Shown: positions 15,290-32,444, counted from the first letter of the stretch. The stretch is DNA of 64,000 nucleotides from the human T2T-CHM13v2.0 reference genome, Homo sapiens (GCF_009914755.1 NC_060932.1); one strand, 5' to 3'. Notes: a model not told the origin generated them from the letters alone. Numbers and translations: made by a program.

Positions 15290-17468
15290 AACATATGTAG
15301 AGATTTAAAATTCTATTTTGTTTCTTTGGGAATGAAGTTGTCCCCATATATGCTCCTTCACATCTTATTTTTCTCATCTCATAGCAAACAGTGGAATATA
15401 ACTACATTAATTGGTATACACAGAACTCCATTCTTTTTAATGGCCGCATGTTACAAGGCCAAAATGTATCAAATGTATTCAACTTTTCCCACCTTGTTTC
15501 CAGTTTTTTACCACTAATAAAAATACTGCAAAAAGATCCTTGCTTTGAAAAATGCATATATCCTTACATATTTATGCTTTTATTTTTATGAGATAAATTC
15601 TAGGGGTAAAACTGCCAAAACTGCTTTCCAAGAAAAGAAGTAAATGTCACATTTCTACCACAAATGCCTTTTGCTCTAATTTGCCACCAATATTGAGTGG
15701 AGCCATAACATTTTTAATTTTGGATATATGATGATATCTCAGCCAGGCACAGTGGCTCAAGCCTGTAATCCCTGTACTTCGGGAAGCCAAGGCAGATGAA
15801 TCACTTGAGATCAGGAGTTCAAGCCAGTCTGGCCAATATGGTGAAACCCCATCTCTACTAAAAATACAAAAATAAGCCGGCTGTGGTGGCACCCACCTGT
15901 AGTCCCAGCTACTCGGGAGGCTGAGGCAGGAGAATCACTTGAACCTGGAGGCGGAAGTTGCAGTGAGCCAAGATTGTGCCACAGCACTCCAGCCTGGGTG
16001 ACAGAGCAAGACTCCGTCTCAAAAAAAAAAAAAAAATTAGCCCGGGCATGGTGGCGGGCACCTGTAATCCCAGCTACTTGGGAGGCTGAGGAAGGAAAAT
16101 CACTTGAAGCCAGGAGGCAGATGTTGCAGTGAGCCAAGATTGTGCACTGCACTCCAGCCTGGGCAACAAGAGCAAGACTCTGTCTCAAAAAAAAAAAAAA
16201 AAACTCAATGTTACTTTAATCTGCATATCCTAAAGTACTATTAATCATCTTCCTATGTGTCATTAGTCTATTGGGATTCGCATTTCTGTCAACTATTCAT
16301 CTCTCTCCCTGTTTTTTATACTGGATTGTCTTTTGACACTAATTTGTAGTTTTTTTTAATATCGTAGATATCAACCATTTATCTGTAATTTGAAGTATAA
16401 ATATTTTTCCCAACCTACCGCTTATCTATTGAGTTTGCTGCCAATGAGATCCCACATATAAGTTACAAAAAAAATCATTATATGATTAGATTTATTTTTC
16501 TTTCATAGCTCCTGCATTTCCTATGTTGGTTAGAAACTTCTCCCAAGTTTCTAATTCATGCATATAGTCCAGAATTCATATTCTTCCATGTAAGTCTCTA
16601 GTATACTTAGAATTTATTTAGGTATTGTAAGAGACCAAAGATTCAATTTTCTTTCAGATGAACAGATAATTCCAAATGCATGATTATCATTTTCCCATTG
16701 AGCTCAAATTTTCACATTTATCATATTAAATTCCCAACAGACTATTGTAATTACAGTAGCTTTAGAATTTATTTTAATATCTGGTAAAGCTATTCATTTC
16801 TCACTTTTTTCTCCATAATTTTCTTAGTCAACAAGTATGAACATTATGTTACCCAATTCCAATGTAAACCATAAAGGAATTTTAACTAGAACTGCAATTA
16901 ACTTTTAAACAATTTTTGGTAAAAGATTATTATGATATAGTTTTTGCATGGCAACACAATATTATAAGAATTGGGAACATATTTTTAAAGCCAGCATGCT
17001 CTTTCCTTCATTTCAATTCCAGTGTAATGTCTTTCAATTAGATTTTTACGAATTTCTTCCTACAGAAGTGTACTTCTTTTGTTAACTTTATTCCTAAGGA
17101 TTTTCTAGTTTTTGAAACTACTTTTAATTGATTACTTTTTCCAATTTTTCTTTAATAACATTATTATCAGCACTGAGAAAGGCTACCAATTTCTGTGTAT
17201 TTTATATACAACTATTCACCAAATTATGTTATTAAGTCTGATAATATTTTACTGGTACCTTTTGGATATCATAAGCATACAATCATATCAGCAAAATAAA
17301 ATGTATTTTTCCTCTTCTTTTCTAATGTTCATACAGATTATTTCATTTTTTACCTCATTCAACATGCTAGAACAAAACTAAATAACGATAATGATAATAA
17401 TGATAATAGAGGACATACTTGTTATTAGAAATAACATTAGCATTCCACTGTTTAAAATGTTTACTTTT
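15290..17468 (-). mobile_element. Ancient L1M(E)-type LINE relic, interrupted by Alus and by the young L1; resumes at about 23637-23760
   Basis: Degenerate antisense L1 3'/ORF2 motifs. After the young L1, aaggctgttgaattttattcaattttttcagcatccatt continues the antisense ORF2 register. Confidence 0.6.
15741..16203 (+). mobile_element. AluS followed directly by an extra right arm (L-R-R)
   Basis: Full Alu to about 16036. Its A-tail runs into ttagcccgggc..., a second right monomer with its own tail. Confidence 0.9.
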
Positions 17469-17480
17469 GAAGAATGGCCC

Positions 17481-18514
17481 GGAGGGCAGCCAAGATGACC
17501 GAATAGGAACAACTCTGGTCTACAGCTCTCAGCGTGAGCGACACAGAAGATGGGTGATTTCTACATTTCCATCTGAGGTACCGGGTTCACCTCACTAGGG
17601 AGTGCCAGACAGTGGGCGCAGGACAGGGGGTGCAGCGCACCATGCGCGAGCCAAAGCAGGGAGAGGTATTGCCTCACTCGGGAAGCGCAAGGGGTCAGGG
17701 AGTCCCTTTCCTAGTCAAAGAAAGGGGTGACAGAGGGCACCTGGAAAAGCGGGTCACTCCCACCCTAATACTGTGCTTTTCCGACGGGCTTAAAAAACAG
17801 CGCACCAGGAGATTATATCCCGCCCATGGCTCGGAGGGTCCTACGCCCACGGAGTCTCGCTGATTGCTAGGACAGCAGTCTGAGATCAAACTGCAAGGTG
17901 GCAGCGAGGCTGGGGGAGGGGCGCCTGCCATTGCCCAGGCTTGCTTAGGTAAACAAAGCAGCCAGGAAGCTCCAACTGGGTAGCACCCACCACAGCTCAA
18001 GGAGGCCTGCCTGCCTCTGTAGGCTGCACCTCTGGAGGAAGGGCACAGACAAACAAAAAGACAGCAGTAACCTCTGCAGACTTAAATGTCCCTGTCTGAA
18101 CAGCTTTGAAGACAGCAGTGGTTCTCCCAGCACGCAGCTGGAGATCTGAGAACGGGCAGACTGCCTCCTCAAGTGGGTCCCTGACCCCTGGCCCTGGAGC
18201 CGCCTAACTGGGAGGCACCCCCAAGTAGGGGCAGACTGACACCTCACACGGCCGGGTACTCCTCTGAGACAAAACTTCCAGAGGAACGATCAGACAGCAG
18301 CATTCGCGGTCACGAAAATCTGCTGTTCTGCAGCCACCGCTGCTGGTACCCAGGCAAACCGAGTCTGGAGTGGACCTCTAGCAAACTCCAACACACCTGC
18401 AGCTGAGGGTCCTGTCTGTAGGAAGGAAAACTAACAAACAGAAAGGACATCCACACCAAAAACCCATCTCTACATCACCATCATCAAAGACCAAAAGTAG
18501 ATAAAACCACAAAG
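17481..18514. promoter_or_regulatory. L1 5'UTR internal sense and antisense promoter
   Basis: CpG-enriched L1PA 5'UTR. The YY1 box reads caagatgAcc at 17491-17500. The ~128-bp segment at 18263-18389 is retained. Confidence 0.75.
17695..17931 (-). CDS. L1 ORF0 (antisense 5'UTR ORF), open, 78 aa
   Basis: MAGAPPPASLPPCSLISDCCPSNQRDSVGVGPSEP... matches primate ORF0. ATG at 17931-17929. Expression is not shown by the sequence. Confidence 0.6.
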   Translation of the reverse strand: MAGAPPPASLPPCSLISDCCPSNQRDSVGVGPSEPWAGYNLLVRCFLSPSEKHSIRVGVTRFSRCPLSPLSLTRKGTP

Positions 18515-19520
18515 ATGGGGGAAAACAGAGCAGAAAAACTGGAAACTCTAAAAAGCAGAGTGCCTATCCTCCTCCAAAGGAATGCAGCTCCTCACCAGCA
18601 ACGGAACAAAGCTGGACGGAGAATGACTTTGACGAGTTGAGAGAAGAAGGCTTCAGACGATCAAACTACTCTGAGCTACAGGAGGAAATTCAAACCAAAG
18701 GCAAAGAAGTTGAAAACTTTCAAAAAAATTTAGACGAATGTATAACTAGAATAACCAATATAGAGAAGTGCTTAAAGGAGCTGATGGAGCTGAAAGCCAA
18801 GGCTCGAGAACTACGTGAAGAATGCAGAAGCCTCAGGAGCTGATGTGATCAACTGGAAGAAAGGGTATCAGTGATGGAAGATGAAATGAAGCGAGAAGGG
18901 AAGTTTAGAGAAAAAAGAATGAAAAGAAATGAACAAAGCCTCCAAGAAATATGGGACTATGTGAAAAGACCAGATCTACGTCTGATTGGTGTACCTGAAA
19001 GTGACAGGGAGAATGGAACCAAGTTGGAAAACACTCTGCAGGATATTATCCAGGAGAACTTCCCCAATCTAGCAAGGCAGGCCAACATTCAGATTCAGGA
19101 AATACAGAGAACGCCACAAAGATACTCCTCGAGAAGAGCAACTCCAAGACACATAATTGTCAGATTCACCAAAGTTGAAATGAAGGAAAAAATGTTAAGG
19201 GCAGCCAGAGAGAAAGGTCAAGTTACCCACAAAGGGAAGCCCCTCAGACCAACAGCGGATCTCTCGGCAAAACTCTACAAGCCAGAAGACAGTGGGGGCC
19301 AATATTCAAGATTATTAAAGAAAAGAATTTTCAAACCAGAATTTCATATCCAGCCAAACTAAGCTTCATAAGTGAAGGAGAAATAAAATCCTTTACAGAA
19401 AAGCAAATGCTGAGAGATTTTGTCACCACCAGGCCTGCCCTAAAAGAGCTCCTGAAGGAAGCACTAAACATGGAAAGGAACAACCGGTACCAGCCACTAC
19501 AAAATCATGCCGAATTGTAA
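18515..19520 (+). pseudogene. L1 ORF1p, disrupted
   Basis: ATG at 18515 with an early -1 frameshift, TGA at 18841, a frameshift near 19270, and TAA at 19518-19520. Fragments contain the ORF1p motif RNEQSLQEIWDYVKRP. Confidence 0.9.
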
Positions 19521-19568
19521 AGACCACCAATGCTAGGAAGAAACTGCATCAACTAACGAGCAAAATAA

Positions 19569-23411
<3,843 letters not shown>

Positions 23412-26049
23412 ACAATGAGAACACATGGACACAGGAAGGGGAACATCACACTCTGGGGACTGTTGTGGGGTGGGAGGTGGGGGGAGGGATAGCATTAGGA
23501 GATATACCTAATGCTAAATGACGAGTTAATGGGTGCAGCACACCAGCATGGCACGTGTATACATATGTAACTAACCTGCACATTGTGCACATGTACCCTA
23601 AAACTTAAAGTATAATAAAAAAAAAAGTTTCCTTTTTTATATACTTTATATTTATGTACTCAAGAAAGGCTGTTGAATTTTATTCAATTTTTTCAGCATC
23701 CATTATCATCATCTAATTTTCCTTCTTCAATTTGATACACCCTACTTGATATTCTTTAATTTATGCAGAATTATTTTCAGTTAAAGGCTATTAATTAGTG
23801 CGTCCTTTTTATTTCAAAAATTCTTATTTAGTATGCTTCCAGTCACTCTATCATTATCCATTGGGATTTGGTAATATATATAGAAAGATTTATTGTTTAT
23901 AACTGTTTCTTCTTCATAATCTTTCAAGGCCTCAATTCTGATTCATTTGCTGTTTGGTTATAGTTAGTTCAAGTATTTTCCTCAAATGAAGCAAATGAGA
24001 GTTATATTCTGTCAATCTCTGAATATCTAAACATATCTTTACTCTGAAAGGTGGATGAAATACTGGTTGAGTCACTCATTCATTTATTATTTAATAAGAA
24101 TTACTCTACGTAATACAGATGGATACAAAATGACAAAAAACTCCCTGCCTTTAAAGAATACATATATTCCAGCAGACAAAGACAGACAATAAGCACATAA
24201 ATGAATCAATTAATTAAATATAAAATGGTTAGAAGAGCTAAGAAAAAATAAGGCAAGGAAAGGAAAATCTTCTATAATATATACATAACAGTCAAGACCG
24301 ACCTCTGATTTTGACAATAATGGCCATTCACCCATATATAGTGCTTTCTAAGTGCCAGGTACTGTGGTAAGTACTGGACACACATCAAATCATTCAATCA
24401 CAAACAACCCTTCGAGATAGTTACTATGAAAATAAAAATGCTATAACTGGTGAAACTGAGGCACAAACAAGTTGATTTACCAAAGGTAAAACAGCAAATA
24501 AGTAGTAGAACCAAGCTGTCCAGCTCTTAACCATTATGTTTTCTTGCTTCTCTGATAATATGCCATTTCAGTAGATAATGAAAGGAAATGAGGGCAGGAG
24601 AGAGACCCATAGGGTTATATGGAAGAATAGAATTCCTAGCGAAAAGAAAAGCCACCACAAATCTTATAAACGCCATGAAAAATAGATATAAATACATTAA
24701 AATATTTGTATTATAATCTTAGACTCAACCTTAAAATATGTGGCTGAAACAATTCCTCACATGTATAGAGAAATGTTTAGGTTATATTACCTTATCACTC
24801 AAGAATTGATCAGATAAAGTACTCAGGATTAAAATGCAAAAAAGCAAAAAAAAGAGTATTAAGAGTATCTTAATGTGATTTCTTAAAATTTATTTCTAAA
24901 ACTAAATGCTAGAATTATATAAAGTGAAGAAACACAGACACATTCTCAATAAAAATGGAAATAAAACTAGAATAACAGTCTACCTACCACCCCTATGTAC
25001 CAATACTGTAATGGATCCTTTACACACAATTTCTCATTTAGTCCTTACAATAAGCCTGTGATTCCAATAAATCTATTGTGTCCATTTAATATATAAAGAA
25101 AGTAAAATTTAGGAGAATCAGTATATTGCCCTAAAGTCACATAATAGGAAAAGTGGGAAGAAATAAAATACAAATTTGTAAAACATCACTGTATACCTTA
25201 AACATATAAAATCTTTATATGTCAGTATATCTCAATAAAGCTGCTGAACATATGAATTTGTATGATGGCATGAGCACAGACTATTAGATCCAAGAAAATC
25301 AATTGTCTATGGTAAATAAGTTCAGCAAAATTATAGGATATATGGTAAATCCAAAAAAGTAATTCCCTATTGAAGCTGGACTGTGCGGTAGAGAAAAAAA
25401 ATGAGCTTTGGAGCAAAATATGCTTGATTCAGGTCAGGCAGAGAAGGCTATGGAGTTAACTGAAGAGGGAGTGCTGCTGAGATTAGTACCTGCAGGGTCA
25501 TGCTTGCAATAACCCTAGTGGATGCACCAGTGACAAAGTTGCTCAGCAACAACAGCAAACTAAAGCAAACATATCTGTTCCTAGTTCTGAGAGATCAAAA
25601 GGCAACCAACCCAAACTATGTAAGAAGTTAAGAACCTTACTCCCTTTCAGCCCTCATTCTCTTCTCTTCTCAATACTACTACTTTTACCTCCTGTTAACT
25701 ACCTCATTTTTCTTTCTTTCCTTGCTCTTTGACTCTTTCTTGCTGACGCTTCCCTTCTAGGTCTCTTTTTTCCTTTCAATCACCCCCTATTGAACTGCTT
25801 TCTTCCCTCTCACCACCAGTTTGGTTTCAAGAGGATTCTTAAATAACTTCATTACCTCCAAATACATTTTGATCTCAAAGGTCATAGCTCTTCTTCCAAT
25901 ATTAGTAATTTAAGAATTACTAATGAGACAAATCCACAGGTTAACATGAAACAATTCCACATGTCACAGAGTTAAAAAATGGGTCAAACACACTGACCTG
26001 TTTATGTTAAAATATTATATGGCTTTAGAAAAAAATTATGCCCTAAATA

Positions 26050-26304
26050 CAACATGCGCTGCATTAACAACTGCATTAACAACATTTTAGTCCTTTAGAT
26101 ATGCAAATACTTATTGTGTTACAATTGCCTACAGTATTCAGTACAGTAACATGCTGTAAAGGTTTGTAATCTAGGAGCAATAGGCTATACCATATACCCT
26201 AGGTGTACAGACAGCTATATTATCTAGGTTTGTATAAGTTCACTCTATGATATTCTTCACAGATTTCTCAGAATGTATTTCCATCATTAAGCAATGCATG
26301 ACTG
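26050..26304 (+). mobile_element. Tigger3/MER7-type TcMar MITE
   Basis: TA-flanked. Ends caacatgcgctgcattaac... and ...ttaagcaatgcatgactg. Internal ctaggagcaataggctataccatata. Confidence 0.8.
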
Positions 26305-26971
26305 TATTAAAAATTCTTTCATACAATTTTTCATTATTTTTGCAAAATTCAAGGAGTAATATATCACTTATTTAACAAATGTTAACAGGATATTTCAGAA
26401 GATTGGTGTCAAAAAGAAACTCAGTTATTGCTTTAATGTCTCTCAGCACCAAATTTCTTTTCCATTTGGACTTAATAACACCTTACATATACAAATGATT
26501 CACAAAAGACAAGTCCTCTACAGTTTACTATCATGAGACTCAGAAACCAGTATCACACAATGCTTTTAATTCTTATCATATTACTAAAATTTTATCAGAA
26601 ACAGATGTCAGCAATACAATTTTGATGGAATTACTTAACTTTTTTTTTTTTTACTTTCATAACAAATTAAGCATTGCTCAGTTGAAAAGTTATAATGTCA
26701 CAAGCCTTGAGGCAGCATTAGGTGCTATAATTTGAACCGATGCAGTGTAGAGTTTGCATGCTAGTAGAAAAGAATTTATTAGCTACATTGTTGATAATTA
26801 TTTAACTAGCAAACTCCAAGTTTTCTTAAAAACACTTCCAATCAATTAAATATCTAAGAAAACTAATAAAATAACTCAAAGTTTTCTAGATGTATAATTA
26901 ACATAGCAATACATAAGTTAGCAATATAGCTGCAAAACAGGTGGAAAATATAACCATTAAAATGACTTCCA

Positions 26972-27030
26972 TCCTTTCGGTAGGAAGTAGCTTAAAAAAA
27001 CAAATAAAAATAAAAACAAAAACAAAAAAT
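26972..27030 (+). mobile_element. Ultra-short L1-mediated retro-insertion (22 nt + A-rich tail) of unknown donor
   Basis: Perfect TSD aaaatgacttcca at 26959-26971 and 27031-27043, at a TT/AAAA site. Confidence 0.75.
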
Positions 27031-27164
27031 AAAATGACTTCCAAAGAACAAACCAGGCAAATGGTTTATGTCCCTAAATAAGCTGAAGCCTAGAGATAAA
27101 GAAATTTAGTGGGTAAAAAGGAAAGATAATCTATACTAAAAACAAAACCAAAAAATGAACGAAG

Positions 27165-27565
27165 ACGATGAATGGATAAACAAAACGTGGTATAAACATA
27201 TAATTGAATATTATTTAGCCTTAAAAAGGAAGAAAATCACATGCTAAATACAGATGAAGCTTAAGGACATTATGCTAAGTGAAATAAGCCCATTGCAAAA
27301 AGAAAAATACTCTATGATTACACTTACAGGAAGTATCTAAAGTAGTTAAATTATCATAGAGACAGAAAGTAGAATGGTAGTTACCAAGGGCTGGAGGGAG
27401 GAAGCAATGGGGAGTGGTTACTTAATGGGTAAGAGTTGCAGTTGTGCTAGATGAAAAAATCCTGCAGATCTGCTGTACAACAATCTGAATACATTTAACG
27501 CTACTGAACTGTGCACTGAAAAACAGTTAAGATGGTAAATTTTTTTAACCACAATTAAAAATAAG
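27165..27565 (+). mobile_element. L1MB-type 3' end
   Basis: gatgaatggataaacaaaacgtgg...ttatgctaagtgaaataagc...gttaagatggtaaatttt. Confidence 0.8.
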
Positions 27566-28489
27566 AGCTTTTTAAAAGAATGTAAAGTAAAAATGGAAGA
27601 TCTGTGCACAATTTTTCTTACGGGCAAAGAAATGGTACATCTTACAGGTAAAACATGTATGTTATGTGTTACAACTTTAGGGAAGCCAAAGGTTTTAATA
27701 TCTGATGCCCCATGAATGTGATATAGCAGCTCTCTCCATATCAATTCTGACAAACACTATCAACTTTATTTCTTAAAACTGTCCCTTAGCCATATTCATT
27801 CACCCCTCTCCCACCAATGTTGTAGGATTCCAAGCCAAGACTTTCTGCTTTGAAGCCCTTTACCAATGCAATCAGTACCCAACATACAACTTTCCATCCA
27901 GTATTTGTCAGTCAAGATATCACATTAGGTTTTCCCTTCCCTCTTCTCTTCACTTTCCCATCATCACTGTAGAAGCCTCTGCTACCTGGGACTTCCTCTC
28001 CCTCCTCAAAAATGAAGAAGAAATTAAGACATTCCCAGATAAACAAAAACTGAGAGAATTCACTGCTAGCAGACCTGCCCTGCAAAAAACAAAAAGGAAG
28101 TTCTTCAGGTAGAAATGAAAGGACACTAGATACTAACTTAAATCCACACAATGAAATCAAGAGTACAGCAAAGGTAACTACAGAGGTAAATGTAAAAGAC
28201 AGTATAAATGTATTTTTTTCTTTTCTTTGTAACTCTTTAGAGCACTCCTACCATAAGTATAAATTACAATTTTTAAAATGTCACGCTACAATTCAATAGG
28301 TAAATACTGAACCTGTTTTAAGAAGTACGTTTTATATTTCACTTCTAGAATAGAGATAACTAAAGGAAATACAGCCTCTTTGAAAATAAGGAAATGCTTC
28401 AAAACAAATCTGTGGTAGATGAACTATCCCTCACATGTCATAGGCATATAGTACTCTTATAACTTGATTATTTAGCTCAATGAAGTTTT

Positions 28490-29255
28490 AAAATACTAAC
28501 CACATCTTATTTTACCTCTTTTATATCTCTGGGACCTGTCCCTTTTTCTCTATCACCGCAGCTAATACCTTAATCCAGGGTATCATCATTTCTCCCCTGG
28601 ATTATTGGCAGCCTCCTAATGGGTATTCCTAATATTAGTCCTGCTCCACTTTAATCTGTTTCCTATACTGATGCCATTAGTGACATAACAACAACAACAA
28701 AAATCAGATCCCACCATTCTGCTCAAAATTTTCAAGTGGCCTCCCATAATCTTCGGGGAGGAAAAATTTAAATTCCCAAATAATATACAGGTCAGGACAT
28801 GACCACTACCTCTGTCTCCAGTATTAGAATCACCACATACATAAATAATCTACACCCACATTCTCTGCTACAGCCCTTAAGAGTTATTTAGGATCCCAGA
28901 ATACCACACATCTACTTTTATACATGCTTACCTTCTCTGATTAGAAAAACCTTACTTTGTCTACCCCCATCTCTACTTCTTTAGTCTTCAGGACTCAGTG
29001 CCTATACCTACCACCCACCCTAACTCCCAATAATGCTGAGTTATATCATCTCATAGATTCTAGTCACAATTACCACAGTACTTACCAAAATGTACTATAA
29101 ACACCTGCTTGCTATGTATTTATCCCACAGACTGTAAGCTTCTTAAGCATAAAGATTGTTTCCTTACTCCTATTTTTTGTCCCTAGTATACGCAAAAAAT
29201 GCCTGCCATGGAGTAAGTGTTTAATCAATGTTTGAAAAAAATGAATGAAAGGATG
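28490..29255 (+). mobile_element. L2 LINE 3' part
   Basis: atcatttctcccctggattattggcagcctcctaa... ending aatgtttgaaaaaaatgaatgaa. Confidence 0.65.
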
Positions 29256-29809
29256 AAGCAGGTTGTACATTGAGAGACCCATGGAGAAGCTGTTCAATTT
29301 TTACTATCTATAACAAAGACAAACATCAAAATTAATAATCTGATAAAACTGAAATACCAAAATTAATCTTTACTTTGTAATCAGTAAAAATAAGTAAATC
29401 GATATACTAATGTAATTCTTAATTTTTGTAGTTCATTCTTCAAAATATTTTATTCAAGCAAGTGGGATCCAGCAAAAAAATGGAGACCCTCCCCAAAACT
29501 TTTACAACCAGAAAATGAGCTTCTTTCAAATTCTGATGTGGAATTCCCAAGTAATCTTGCAGCAAATTAAACAATATGATCTATGATCCATATGTAGGCC
29601 TTGACTATTAAACTTATTTTGTCTTATTAACAGTATTGGAGGGATTTTTTTAACACCATGGATTAAAAAGTGAAAATGAGTTTTTTAAAAGTAAAGCTTA
29701 AATAACACTCTATCTACTGTTTTGCAAATGTGTTATGAAGGCTTTGAAACCACAAAATTTCCAACAGACCTAAAAATGTATAATGTGCTATATGTCAAGC
29801 TGTATTTCT

Positions 29810-30960
29810 TTTTTTTTTTTTAAACTTTAAGTTTTAGGGTACATGTGCACAACGTGCAGGTTTGTTACATATGTATACATGTGCCACATTGTTGTGCTGC
29901 ACCCATTAACTCGTCATTTAACATTAGGTATATCTCCTAATGCTATCCCTCACCCCTCCCCCAACCCCACAACAGGCCCCGGTGTGTGATGTTCCCCTTC
30001 CTGTTAATTCAAGATGGATTAAAGACTTAAATGTTAGACCTAAAACCATAAAAACCCTAGAAGAAAACCTAGGCAATACCATTCAGGACATAGGCATGGG
30101 CAAGGACTTCACGTCTAAAACACCAAAAGCAATGGCAACAAAAGCCAAAATTGATAAATGGGATCTAATTAAATTAAAGAGCTTCTGCACAGCAAAAGAA
30201 ACTACCACCAGAGTGAAGAGGCAACCTACAGAACGGGAAAAATTTTTGCAATCTACTCATCTGACAAAGGGCTAATATCCAGAATCTACAATGAACTCAA
30301 ATTCACAAGAAAAAAACAACCCCAACAAAAAGTGGGTGAAGGATATGAACAGACACTTCTCAAAAGAAGACATCTATGCAGCCAAAAGACACATGAAAAA
30401 ATGCTCATCATCACTGGCCATCAGAGAAATGCAAATCAAAACCACAATGAGATACCATCTCACACCAGTTAGAATGGCAATCATTAAAAAGTCAGGAAAC
30501 AACAGGTGCTAGAGAGGATGTGGAGAAATAGGAACACTTTTACAGTGTTGGTGGGACTGAAAACTAATTCAACCACTGTGGAAGTCAGTGTGGTGATTCC
30601 TCAGGGATCTAGAACTAGAAATACCATTTGACCCAGCCATCCCATTGCTGGGTATATACCCAAAAGATTATAAATCATGCTGCTATAAAGACACATGCAC
30701 ACGTATGTTTACTGCAGCACTATTCACAATAGCAAAGACTTGGAACCAACCCAAATGTCTAAAAATGATAGAGTGGATTAAGAAAATGTGGCACATATAC
30801 ACCATGGAATACTATGCAGCCATAAAAAATGATGAGTTCATGTCCTTTGTAGGGACATGGATGAAGCTGGAAACCATCATTCTCAGCAAACTATTGCAAG
30901 AAGAAAAAAGCAACCACCACATTTTCTCACTCATAGGTGGGAACTGAACAATGAGAACAC
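29810..30960 (-). mobile_element. 5'-inverted (twin-primed) truncated L1PA (PA4/5-like)
   Basis: Poly-T and antisense 3'UTR at 29810-30004 joined to a sense ORF2/3' segment at 30005-30960. TSD caag(c/t)tgtatttct at 29796-29809 and 30960-30973. Confidence 0.93.
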
Positions 30961-31855
30961 AAGTTGTATTTCTAAGGTAGGAGAAAGGTTACATAGTCTT
31001 TAATACTTTCTCCTTTACAACAAACTTTTCCTTATATATAAAATACAGCAAAAATAGTACCTTTTGTTCAAAGGATTGTTGAGAAGACTAGAATTCACGT
31101 ACCACACTTTTGCCTCATGCACAATAAAAACTTTTTACATGTTTAGGTGTTATTATTACTATAATTATTATGACATATCCAAGTCCCAAAAAGTTATCAG
31201 CAGTATACTCTGCAAAGGAAAAGAAAACACACCACTCAGATAAGTCTATATTCATTAATGAATATATCTACATACCAAACCTGCCCCCATTTCTTTCTAC
31301 TGATTCCCATCTAATTGAAGAAAGATTTTAGTAGTATTCTGCTGTGGATTGACTCTTAAATCACTTCACTAATAAAGTCCTATGAAAATTTAACCACCAC
31401 CAAAAAAAAGGGGATCAGCACTTAATCGCAATCCTGGATTGCAATATGAGTGATCAGATGCTACCCCGGTCTGGGTCTTCATTTCTTCATCTGTCCAATG
31501 GCAATCACAGTTCCTATCGGATCTCATAGGGTTAACTATCTGTGAGAATTTAAAGATTATAATTTATGTAGAATTGTTTGCTAAGCTTGAAAATACTTCA
31601 TAAATACAGACTAATAATACTATTGCTGTACAATGCCAAATAATAAATATTCTACGTTTTAAGCAGATTGTCTTTGCTTCCTTCAGAACCAGGTCTTGAC
31701 TCTTTAGCCCAACTTCGTTTGGTTTGGATATATAAAACGACATCTTATAAGGTGTTCCCTTCAAGGGTACTTTATATTACTATGCATAAGAAATGCTTTC
31801 CATATTAACTGAAAAGGAGATGAACTAATAAGTTCACCGAAAGCATAAATGACTA

Positions 31856-32048
<193 letters not shown>

Positions 32049-32444
32049 GTATCTAGGTATAGTAAGTAGTTTAACTAAAAACAGTCTTAGAAACATGGAT
32101 CCCAATTCCTACCCTAAATTCCACTAGGACACAACATTCTTATAATTGTATGTACTGTTCTTTCTTGCCAAGGTACTCAGCACTAAGAAGGCAAATTCCC
32201 AGAAAGAATGAAAAGTGTAAGAATGTATGTGCACTAACTTTAACTTCCTACTGTGTGTCAAACACTATCTTTACCTACTTTCTCATTTAACTCTCAAAAC
32301 AAACTTGAAAGGTATTACATCTTTTTTACAGATGATTACGTTACGTAATTCACAGAGATCGTATTAGAGAGAACAAAATGCTGAAACTAAAGGTCTGACT
32401 ACAAAGGCAGTTCTTTCTATTTCACCACACTATTGATCCTATGA

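Noticed and set aside
27590-28005. Unique-looking segment between L1M pieces with a faint RT-like FKK..DSV reading on the minus strand
   Set aside because: It needs frameshifts and stops, and is too weak to call without an HMM search.
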